DNA of 15,254 nt. Origin: Pseudomonadota bacterium (GTDB taxonomy: Bacteria > UBA10199 > 2-02-FULL-44-16 > JAAZCA01). Each line of letters begins with the position of its first letter. Position 1 is the stretch's first letter. Both the position numbers and the translations under genes were made by a program. Location of the stretch: positions 1-15,254 of the forward strand of contig JBDRBN010000038.1 in assembly GCA_043822785.1 (NCBI GenBank). The letters are read 5' to 3'. The notes under the pieces are model-generated. The model made no database searches. It had not been told where the DNA came from and was given only the letters and a program-made list of their open reading frames with translations. Below are positions 1 through 7,036 of the stretch, piece after piece.

Positions 1-719
1 TGCTTTGTTCCAGAATATTTTTCAGCTATCTCCTCGATCAAAAGCCTTAGGCTATAATCCCTTTTATATCTGTCATCCTCCAGTGCGTTTATGCCTATAA
101 CATTTTTGTGTTTGCTGTAGAGAATTCTGCCAGTTTTCTCAAGCACCCATATATTGAACGCATCCCATGAGAGTTCTGGTTTCACAATCTTTGAGATGAA
201 ATGGTCAGGTTTTACTATCATGCTTACAGAGCCAATTAGTTTGCCATTTCTAGCAAAAATGGGCCAAGCAAAGTCGATAGCATAAAATCCTTCAATAGCT
301 TTGAAGGCCTCGCTCATAACAGGCTTTTTCGTACGATGAAGTTCTTTTACATGTGCTTGATCGCCAATGTTATCGCCCTCTATCCTATAACGGGTTTCAG
401 GCTCTATTGAAATTATGATGCCCGATGAATCGATTGCGGCGCAGTCCACAAAGTAGTCATATTTTTTGCACAGAGTTAACAATATCTCATGAGCGCCAGG
501 ACCGCTGAGTCCGGAAGAACTCAAATCGTTTGCAGCAATGGCAAGGTCATTGTCTATGGCATCAAGAACATCCTGGATAGTAGATGTAATTTTGGCGAGC
601 TTTTCGGGCTCATGCCTGGGCGCTGCAGTCTCAGTGGGCTTGCGGGCGCATCCCGAAACATACAAAAGCACGATGAACAGTGTGCAAAAAACGATGAGCA
701 AACTCGTTTTTGATTTCAT
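1..719 (-). CDS. Cache (dCache/PDC-like) sensor-domain lipoprotein, partial (runs off the left edge)
   Basis: Not in the ORF track because no stop lies in the window. Hand translation from ATG 719 is open to the edge: MKSKTSLLIVFCTLFIVLLYVSG-C (signal peptide plus lipobox), a long helix, then AAIDSSGIII..EP..IEGDNIGDQAHVKEL..TKKPVMSEAF..IEG..AIDFAWPIF..NGKLIGSVS..IWVLEKTGRILYS..IGIN, a typical double-Cache pattern. Confidence 0.72.
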   Translation of the reverse strand, partial: MKSKTSLLIVFCTLFIVLLYVSGCARKPTETAAPRHEPEKLAKITSTIQDVLDAIDNDLAIAANDLSSSGLSGPGAHEILLTLCKKYDYFVDCAAIDSSGIIISIEPETRYRIEGDNIGDQAHVKELHRTKKPVMSEAFKAIEGFYAIDFAWPIFARNGKLIGSVSMIVKPDHFISKIVKPELSWDAFNIWVLEKTGRILYSKHKNVIGINALEDDRYKRDYSLRLLIEEIAEKYSGTK

Positions 720-729
720 ATGATAATCA

Positions 730-2232
730 TTATTCCTTTAGCACCAGCTCCTTTGCTGCTCTGGCCTCATCTAATCTCTTACGAACAGGCAGCAAAGGTG
801 CACTCTTAACTATATTGGGGTTTTCCTTGCACTCCTTTGCAATCGACAGCATGGCATCGCAAAATCCATCAAGCAGGTCTTTGCACTCTGTCTCTGTAGG
901 CTCGATCATGATGGCGCCGTTTACGATCAGTGGAAAATATACTGTTGGCGGATGAAAGCCGTAATCCATGAGTCGTTTTGCAATGTCCATGGTCTTGACG
1001 CCAAACTTCTGCTGGATTTTGTCTGAGAACACACATTCATGAAGCGAATTCTTTTTGTAGGGCAGATCAAAGGCATCTTGCAGTCGCGCGCGCACATAAT
1101 TTGCGTTTAGCACGGCCATTTTTGTTGCATCCTTAAGACCTTGGGCGCCAAGCTCCCTTATATAAGTATATGCTCGAATTAAAACGCCAAAGTTTCCAAA
1201 AAATGTATTAATTCTTCCAATAGATTTAGGATAATTTTCATCTATTTCGTATTTGTCACCGAGCTTTTTTATATGCGGCCTGGGCAGATAATCCTTTAGG
1301 CTATCACTGACAGCCACAGGCCCGGCACCTGGCCCGCCTCCGCCATGGGGAGTGCCAAAGGTTTTGTGAAGATTTATATGCATTACATCAGTTCCAATTT
1401 CACCTGGCTTCACATAACCCATGAGCGCGTTTAGGTTTGCGCCGTCTAAATAAACAAGCCCGCCTTTATCGTGAACGATGTCGGCAATCTCTTTATAGTG
1501 CTCTTCGTAAATGCCAAGCGTGTTTGGGCATGTGATCATTATGGCTGCAACTTCTTCATCCATTGCTTGTGCAACCGTGCTTGGTTCAAGCGTGCCGTTT
1601 GGGCCGGATTTAATTGTCTTTACGTCATAATGACAGGTGGCAGCTGACGCAGGGTTGGTGCCGTGCGCTGAATCAGGAATCAAAATTGTTTTACGAGGAT
1701 TTCCGCGCTCTGTATGATATGCGCGTATCATGAGAAGGCCTGTGAGTTCGCCGTGAGAGCCGGCTGCAGGCCAAAGCGTAATAGCGCTCATGCCAACGAT
1801 TTCGGCAAGCCATCTTTCCAATTCATAACAAATTCTTAAGTTTCCCTGGACATCCTGCACAGACATATAAGGATGTGTGTCTGAAAAGCCTGCGAGCGCA
1901 GACGTCTTATTGGCAATTTTTGGATTGTACTTCATGGTGCACGAACCAAGGGGATAGAATCCCAGATCCTTGCTGTAGTTTTGGATGGAGATACGCGTAA
2001 AATGCCTTACTACATCTGCTTCGGCAAGTTCAGGAAGCTCAGGCGCTTTGTCGCGAACGAGTGTACCAAATACTTTGCACGCGTTGAATTCTGGAACATC
2101 GAGTTTAGTCAGGCGCACGCCGCGCCTGCCGGCAACGCTTTGCGCGAAGATGTTGGGCTCATCAAATGCCAACCCACCTGTACTGGCAGAGATAGTCCTT
2201 TTATGAAGCGCATGTTCGGAACCTTGTTTCAT
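730..2232 (-). CDS. gcvPB: Glycine dehydrogenase (decarboxylating) subunit 2
   Basis: Motifs YPLGSCTMKYNPK, PDSAHGTNPASA and the PLP-lysine motif HINLHKTFGTPHGGGGPG. Start moved to ATG 2232 (GGAG RBS upstream); the longer track ORF reads through an intergenic repeat. Confidence 0.96.
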   Translation of the reverse strand: MKQGSEHALHKRTISASTGGLAFDEPNIFAQSVAGRRGVRLTKLDVPEFNACKVFGTLVRDKAPELPELAEADVVRHFTRISIQNYSKDLGFYPLGSCTMKYNPKIANKTSALAGFSDTHPYMSVQDVQGNLRICYELERWLAEIVGMSAITLWPAAGSHGELTGLLMIRAYHTERGNPRKTILIPDSAHGTNPASAATCHYDVKTIKSGPNGTLEPSTVAQAMDEEVAAIMITCPNTLGIYEEHYKEIADIVHDKGGLVYLDGANLNALMGYVKPGEIGTDVMHINLHKTFGTPHGGGGPGAGPVAVSDSLKDYLPRPHIKKLGDKYEIDENYPKSIGRINTFFGNFGVLIRAYTYIRELGAQGLKDATKMAVLNANYVRARLQDAFDLPYKKNSLHECVFSDKIQQKFGVKTMDIAKRLMDYGFHPPTVYFPLIVNGAIMIEPTETECKDLLDGFCDAMLSIAKECKENPNIVKSAPLLPVRKRLDEARAAKELVLKE

Positions 2233-2251
2233 AAATATACTCCATAAAAAT

Positions 2252-2335
2252 GCAAGCAACGCGAGACACGCGAGAAACGCCAAGACGGCCATCGCCAACC
2301 TTTCTCGCTTGTCTCGCGTTTCTCGCCTGTCTCGC
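2252..2335. repeat. Inverted array of 9-nt units (GCGAGAMAN) forming a long hairpin
   Basis: Left arm gcaagcaac/gcgagacac/gcgagaaac (2252-2278); right arm ctttctcgc/ttgtctcgc/gtttctcgc/ctgtctcgc (2300-2335). Confidence 0.9.
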
Positions 2336-2337
2336 TA

Positions 2338-3678
2338 CTATATTTTCTCAATTTCACATGCATATCTATCGATCTCTTCACGCGTATTGAGTTCGGTTGT
2401 GCAAACCAAAATGCAATTTTTCATGTCAGGGTACCACTTGCCAAGATTTACGCCTCCCAATATTCCTTTTTCTGATAACTTTGCCAGCATCTCTGATGCA
2501 GGTTTTGTGGTTTGAATCACGAATTCGTTGAACGTGGGCGCATCAAACGGAATCGATATGCCCTTTATTGAGGATAGCTTTTCCTTTGCATAAGCTGCTT
2601 TGGCAGCGTTTATGTTTGCCAGCTCGCGCATTCCCTCTTTGCCATAAAGCGCCATGAAGATGGAGGCTTGGGTTGCGCAAAGGGCCTGGTTTGAGCAGAT
2701 GTTAGATGTAGCCTTTTCCCTGCGGATGTGCTGCTCGCGTGTGGACAAAGTTAACACGTATCCAGGCCTGCCATCTGTATCCACGGTTTTTCCGCAGATG
2801 CGGCCCGGCATGTTGCGGACAAATTCCCTTTTTGTAGTAAAGATGCCGAGCGTTGGTCCGCCAAAGCTCACAGCAAGGCCGAGCGAAAGTCCTTCGCCCA
2901 CTGCTATATCAGCACCCCAGACGCCAGGAGGGGAGATGATGCCAAGGGAGACAGGTTCAGGCACCACTGCTATGAGAAGCGCGTCGGCATCGTGAGCCAT
3001 TTTTACCACGTCACTTAAGTCCTCTACTATTCCAAAGAAGTTTGGAAACTGTACAAATACTGCAGCCACGTCGTCTTTAATAGCTGATTTGAGCGCGCCT
3101 CGATCTATGGTTCCGTTTGCAGAAGGAATAGTGATTAGGTCTTTTCCGTCAAGAAGGGTGGTGGAAAGCACATTTCTATATTCAGGATGCATGTTATCAG
3201 GAACGACTATTTTCTTTTTTCCGCGTTTGATTCTTTTTGCCATGAGCGCTGCATCGGCTGCCGCAGTTGCGCCGCTGTAGTGAGACGCGTTCGATACGTC
3301 CATGTCGAAGAGCCTACAGATCTGCGATTGGTACTCAAATATTGCGGCAAGAGTGCCTTGACTTACCTCGGGCTGATAAGGCGTGTAAGGCGTTACAAAT
3401 TCCGATCTTCCCGCGAGCTCAGAGACCGCGGCCGGGCAGTAGTGCCTGTATGCGCCTGCGCCAAGAAATGATGCGCGCGAAGAGAGCGTTGTGTTTTTTG
3501 AGGCGATGAAGCTTAAGTGGCGCAAGAGATCTGCTTCTGCCATGCCATCTGGTAAATTTAATTTGGATTTGCAGCGCTGATTTGCAGGTATAGATGAGAA
3601 AAGATCTTCAACATCTTTTACGCCAACAGTCGAGAGCATTTCTTGGATTTCTTTGCTAGTGTGGGGGATGTATGGCAT
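2338..3678 (-). CDS. gcvPA: Glycine dehydrogenase (decarboxylating) subunit 1
   Basis: MPYIPHT start (ATG 3678, AGGTG upstream), FLGAGAY, YTPYQPEVSQG, LTLSTREQHIRREKATSNICSNQ. Confidence 0.96.
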   Translation of the reverse strand: MPYIPHTSKEIQEMLSTVGVKDVEDLFSSIPANQRCKSKLNLPDGMAEADLLRHLSFIASKNTTLSSRASFLGAGAYRHYCPAAVSELAGRSEFVTPYTPYQPEVSQGTLAAIFEYQSQICRLFDMDVSNASHYSGATAAADAALMAKRIKRGKKKIVVPDNMHPEYRNVLSTTLLDGKDLITIPSANGTIDRGALKSAIKDDVAAVFVQFPNFFGIVEDLSDVVKMAHDADALLIAVVPEPVSLGIISPPGVWGADIAVGEGLSLGLAVSFGGPTLGIFTTKREFVRNMPGRICGKTVDTDGRPGYVLTLSTREQHIRREKATSNICSNQALCATQASIFMALYGKEGMRELANINAAKAAYAKEKLSSIKGISIPFDAPTFNEFVIQTTKPASEMLAKLSEKGILGGVNLGKWYPDMKNCILVCTTELNTREEIDRYACEIEKI

Positions 3679-3699
3679 TGTGTGCACCTAACTAAAAAC

Positions 3700-3789
3700 G
3701 CAAGCAACGCGAGACAGGCGAGAAACGTATACGTATGCGGATAAGGTTTTTACGTTTCTTGCTTTTCTCGCGTGTCTCGCCTTTCTCGC
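3700..3789. repeat. Second inverted array of the same 9-nt units
   Basis: Left arm gcaagcaac/gcgagacag/gcgagaaac (3700-3726); right arm gtttcttgc/ttttctcgc/gtgtctcgc/ctttctcgc (3754-3789). The loop is unrelated to that of the first copy. Confidence 0.9.
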
Positions 3790-3797
3790 TTTTTTAC

Positions 3798-4187
3798 TCA
3801 CGCTGTTTCTTCCTTCAGAAACTCCTCATATTGCTTGGCATCCATCAGATCTTCTAAATCCTTTTTGTCGCTCATCTCGATGCGGATCATCCAGCCCTCG
3901 CCGTAACAATCTTCATTTAGCGTTTCAGGATTTTCGGTCGCAGGGGTGTTTACTTCTTTTACGGTTCCAGATACGGGCGCATAGCAGTCTGACACAGCTT
4001 TAACCGACTCAACCACGCCAAAGGTTTCGTTCTTAGTAACAGCTTCTCCTTCGTTTGGCAGTTCCAAATAAACTATGTCACCAAGGCTACTCTGCGCGTG
4101 ATCGGTAATTCCGATCGTTGCGATATTCTTTTCAACCTTTACCCACTCGTGTTCTTTTGCGTATTTCAGATCGTCAGGTATGTTCAT
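3798..4187 (-). CDS. gcvH: Glycine cleavage system H protein
   Basis: HEWV, GITDHAQSSLGDIVY and the lipoyl-lysine motif VESVKAVSD; AGGAG RBS. Confidence 0.97.
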   Translation of the reverse strand: MNIPDDLKYAKEHEWVKVEKNIATIGITDHAQSSLGDIVYLELPNEGEAVTKNETFGVVESVKAVSDCYAPVSGTVKEVNTPATENPETLNEDCYGEGWMIRIEMSDKKDLEDLMDAKQYEEFLKEETA

Positions 4188-4210
4188 TTCTTAATCTCCT
4201 ATAAATATCT

Positions 4211-4316
4211 GACTTATAGCTTACGGCCTACAGCTCACGGTATAGAACTTATAATACCTCCTATTGCCGTTAGCCGTTAGCCGTTAGCCGTTAGCCGTTA
4301 GCCGTTTATAAACGGC
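4211..4316. repeat. Heptamer tandem repeat (AGCCGTT)x5 with a degenerate inverted heptamer arm
   Basis: Five perfect AGCCGTT units at 4272-4306 plus tgccgtt at 4265-4271. Opposite arm gacttat/agcttac/ggcctac/agctcac at 4211-4238. Perfect 16-bp palindrome GCCGTTTATAAACGGC at 4301-4316. Confidence 0.9.
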
Positions 4317-5383
4317 GTTTCGACCACAACTGCTTTCCTTGGCAGCCCTCGTATGTCAACAGAAATTTCCGTTCCAACTTGCCCCGCATCAGTCGGTACA
4401 AAACCTATGCCTATGGCGCATGAAAGTGTGGGCGACATGGTGCCGCTGGTTACGATTCCATCTTTCTTGCCCGCCACAATTATCGGGTAGCCTTGTCTGG
4501 GAATGCCTGCATCTATCATCTTAAAGCCCACCAGTGATCGAGTAGGCCCTTGTTCTTTTATTTTGATAATAGCGTTCTTGCCGATAAAATCATCTGGTGG
4601 CTTAAGCTTTACCACCCAGCCTAGACCTGCTTCCAAAGGATTTGTATCTTCGGTAATCTCATGGCCATAGAGGCTATACTTCATCTCCATCCTGAGAGTA
4701 TCGCGTGCTCCAAGACCCACAGGCAGAGCGCCGAGGGGTTTTCCTTTCTCGATTATACTCTGCCATATGATGGGCGCGTCTTTGGGCGACATGAAGATCT
4801 CGAAACCGTCTTCGCCAGTGTAACCGGTTCTGGCGATGATGCATTTTTTATCGGCAACCAAACCTTCGCAAAAGTGATATGTCGCAATTTTAGTAAGATC
4901 GGCGTCGGAAATGTCCGATAGAATTTCAGCAGCTTTTGGTCCCTGAAATGCCAGCAGCGCGTAGTCGTCGCTAACATCCCTTATCTGTGCATTTCCTTTG
5001 ATGTGGGATTTGCACCAAGCAAAGTCCTTTTGGGCGTTGGATGCGTTGACCACTATGATATAACGTTCGGGATTAAATCTATATACGATGATGTCATCGA
5101 TGACCGTGCCGCGTTCATTGCAAAGGATGGAGTATTGAGCCTGATAGTCGATGAGCTTTTTTACGTTGTTTGTCGTGAGGTACTGAACGCAGTCTGTAGC
5201 GCCGGGGCCCGTCACCTCGATCTGCCCCATGTGAGAGACATCAAAGAGCCCTGCTGCATTGCGCACGGCACGATGTTCTTGCATAACGCCTGAGTACTGC
5301 ACGGGCATCTGCCATCCGGCAAAATCCACCATTTTGCCGCCAAGCCGGACATGTTCGTCGTATAGCGGAGTTTTTCTGCTCAT
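4298..5383 (-). CDS. gcvT: Glycine cleavage aminomethyltransferase T
   Basis: MSRKTPLY start (ATG 5383 overlapping the folD TGA as ATGA), GLFDVSHMG, ARTGYTGEDGFE, GLGARDTLRME. Confidence 0.96.
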   Translation of the reverse strand: MSRKTPLYDEHVRLGGKMVDFAGWQMPVQYSGVMQEHRAVRNAAGLFDVSHMGQIEVTGPGATDCVQYLTTNNVKKLIDYQAQYSILCNERGTVIDDIIVYRFNPERYIIVVNASNAQKDFAWCKSHIKGNAQIRDVSDDYALLAFQGPKAAEILSDISDADLTKIATYHFCEGLVADKKCIIARTGYTGEDGFEIFMSPKDAPIIWQSIIEKGKPLGALPVGLGARDTLRMEMKYSLYGHEITEDTNPLEAGLGWVVKLKPPDDFIGKNAIIKIKEQGPTRSLVGFKMIDAGIPRQGYPIIVAGKKDGIVTSGTMSPTLSCAIGIGFVPTDAGQVGTEISVDIRGLPRKAVVVETPFING

Positions 5384-6234
5384 GGGGCATTCCTCCTCTT
5401 TGCAGCTTCTACCGTATTTTTTAAAAGCATGGCTATGGTCATTGGTCCCACACCGCCCGGCACCGGCGTTATCGCTGAGGCACGCTCGCAAGCTGCATCA
5501 AACTCCACATCGCCTACGAGCTTTCCATCTTCAAGACGATTTATGCCCACGTCTATGACCACAGCGCACGGTTTTATCCAAGATCCTTTTATAAAACCTG
5601 GCTTGCCTAAAGCTGCGACTACGATATCAGCGCGGCCAATTTCATCTTTAAGACTTTTGGTCTTTGAATGGCATATAGTAACTGTGGCGTGCTTCTTAAG
5701 CAGCATCATTGCTACAGGTTTTCCTACAATGTTGCTTCGTCCGATCACGCATGCATCGGCGCCGGCTATATTGATTCCCGTGGATTCAATGAGATGTATG
5801 ATGCCTGATGGCGTGCAAGGTGCCAGGCACGGCTGCCCCAGGCTCAAAAGTCCAACATTTGTGGGATGAAATCCATCCACATCCTTTGCAGGATCAATGG
5901 CTTCTATGATTTTCATGGAATCGATATGAGAGGGCAGGGGAAGCTGCACAAGTATTCCGTGTACGCGCTCATCTGAATTGAGCTTGGTTATGAGCGAGAG
6001 GAGTTCCTCTTCAGAGACGTCTTTTGATAGATCATGAGCAAAGCTCTGAATACCGGCCTTTTTACACGCTGTGCGCTTGCTCTGCACATACACCTGAGAT
6101 GCGGGATTTTCGCCTATGAGCACCACAGCAAGACCAGGAACTATGCCAGAAGATGCCAGCTCCTTAACTTCGCCAGCCACTTGTTCGCGGATCTTAAGCG
6201 CAATCTCTTTGCCGTCGATTATGGTTGCAGGCAT
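5380..6234 (-). CDS. folD: Bifunctional methylenetetrahydrofolate dehydrogenase/cyclohydrolase
   Basis: IIDGK, HGILVQLPLP, KDVDGFHP, PCTP, GRSNIVGKP, ITPVPGGVGPMT. Confidence 0.97.
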   Translation of the reverse strand: MPATIIDGKEIALKIREQVAGEVKELASSGIVPGLAVVLIGENPASQVYVQSKRTACKKAGIQSFAHDLSKDVSEEELLSLITKLNSDERVHGILVQLPLPSHIDSMKIIEAIDPAKDVDGFHPTNVGLLSLGQPCLAPCTPSGIIHLIESTGINIAGADACVIGRSNIVGKPVAMMLLKKHATVTICHSKTKSLKDEIGRADIVVAALGKPGFIKGSWIKPCAVVIDVGINRLEDGKLVGDVEFDAACERASAITPVPGGVGPMTIAMLLKNTVEAAKRRNAP

Positions 6235-6286
6235 CTAAACCCCCAAGAAATTGGAGGCATGGAGGTAGTGCTTTGAGGGATAAAAG

Positions 6287-6337
6287 TCAATCCTTCGGCC
6301 TACATAGCTCTATAAGCCCCTGTAGCCGAAGGATTGA
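6287..6337. repeat. Long palindrome/hairpin
   Basis: TCAATCCTTCGG(c)CTACA...TGTAG-CCGAAGGATTGA: 12-bp plus 5-bp stem with one bulge. Confidence 0.8.
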
Positions 6338-6387
6338 TCCTGAGCGCAGCCCGCACCTGACGGTGCAGGGCGCAGTCGAAGGATCTC
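6336..6387 (+). repeat. REP-like palindromic element (ATCCTGAGCG..GTCGAAGGATCTC) with a nested internal hairpin
   Basis: Matches the reverse complement of 8212-8239 except for a 26-nt extra segment containing the GCACC-tgac-GGTGC hairpin, flanked by duplicated GCGCAG (6344-6349 and 6370-6375). Confidence 0.7.
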
Positions 6388-6392
6388 CGATG

Positions 6393-6785
6393 CTATGCTC
6401 GTGCTACTTCTAAGGCTGTGATCCGCTTTTCGTGGTTCTCGAGGCGAGAATTGTTGTTGTCGATTTTGTTTGATAGGCGGGTTTCCATATCATGCATATC
6501 AGCTTTAACTTCTTTTCTAAGCTCCTTGATATCGGTTTTAAGTTCTTCCTTTGTTGACTTCAATGCTAGTTGAGTAATTTCAATATCTGCCTTTAGCTCC
6601 TTCCTTACTCCTTGGATCTCTTTTCTCAAAACAGATTCTGATCCCTTTACTGTGGATATTATAAACTCTTTGAGATTTTCAAAAAAAGGTACGAGCTTTT
6701 GCTTAGTGATTATCTCATTTTTTGTATCTATTCGCGGGTGACAGTTGCTATTATTTTTTTGGATTTTTTTGCGAGTCATATTCAT
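6393..6785 (-). CDS. Hypothetical coiled-coil protein with 11-residue periodicity (DUF1640/Bdr-like stalk)
   Basis: Repeats ELKADIEITQL / ELKTDIKELRK / EVKADMHDMET / RLSNKIDNNNS and C-terminal HEKRITALE. Start uncertain (ATG 6785 or 6779; the track extends to 6878). Confidence 0.7.
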   Translation of the reverse strand: MNMTRKKIQKNNSNCHPRIDTKNEIITKQKLVPFFENLKEFIISTVKGSESVLRKEIQGVRKELKADIEITQLALKSTKEELKTDIKELRKEVKADMHDMETRLSNKIDNNNSRLENHEKRITALEVARA

Positions 6786-6995
6786 GCCGCTAACAGAATA
6801 ATAAACATCGGGCAAGGGATTATTTCGCATTCTGCAGAAAAAAATGAGAATAAACAAAGAGTTCAGAGTATTGAACACAAGGGTGTTCTACTTGTCGCAA
6901 TACCGTACACGTTATCCAAACAAATACTAAGTCCACTATTAATCCACTGTGCCTGGCACCGGTTTGTGCGCTTTGAGGGATAAAAGTCAATAATA

Positions 6996-7022
6996 GCGAG
7001 ACAAGCGAGACACGCGAGAAAC
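6996..7022. repeat. Single arm of the 9-nt repeat family
   Basis: gcgagacaa/gcgagacac/gcgagaaac, just downstream of the diguanylate cyclase stop. Confidence 0.85.
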
Positions 7023-7036
7023 GTTGCTAGCAGCAT

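Larger units (their letters stand above)
6270..6991. mobile_element. Putative ~700-bp inserted cassette bounded by a perfect 22-bp direct repeat
   Basis: GCTTTGAGGGATAAAAGTCAAT occurs at 6270-6291 and 6970-6991, exactly 700 bp apart. The repeat is seen directly; mobility is inferred, and no recombinase is present. Confidence 0.55.

Noticed and set aside
2233..2298. Hydrophobic signal-like N-terminal extension of GcvPB (MAMAVLAFLACLALLAF)
   Set aside because: It is a translation of the 9-nt repeat arm; a good RBS and ATG exist at 2232.
2252..4306. CRISPR array interpretation of the periodic repeats
   Set aside because: Units are 7-9 nt, contiguous and inverted, with no unique spacers and no cas genes.
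5384..5491. N-terminal extension of GcvT in the ORF track
   Set aside because: It overlaps the conserved folD 3' end; homology starts at MSRKTPLY.
6235..6390. Glycine or THF riboswitch upstream of folD-gcv
   Set aside because: No recognisable aptamer motifs; the hairpins match dispersed repeat families.
6954..6969. Functional sigma54 promoter TGGCACCGGTTTGTGC
   Set aside because: GG-to-GC spacing is 11 rather than 10, and no + strand gene follows.
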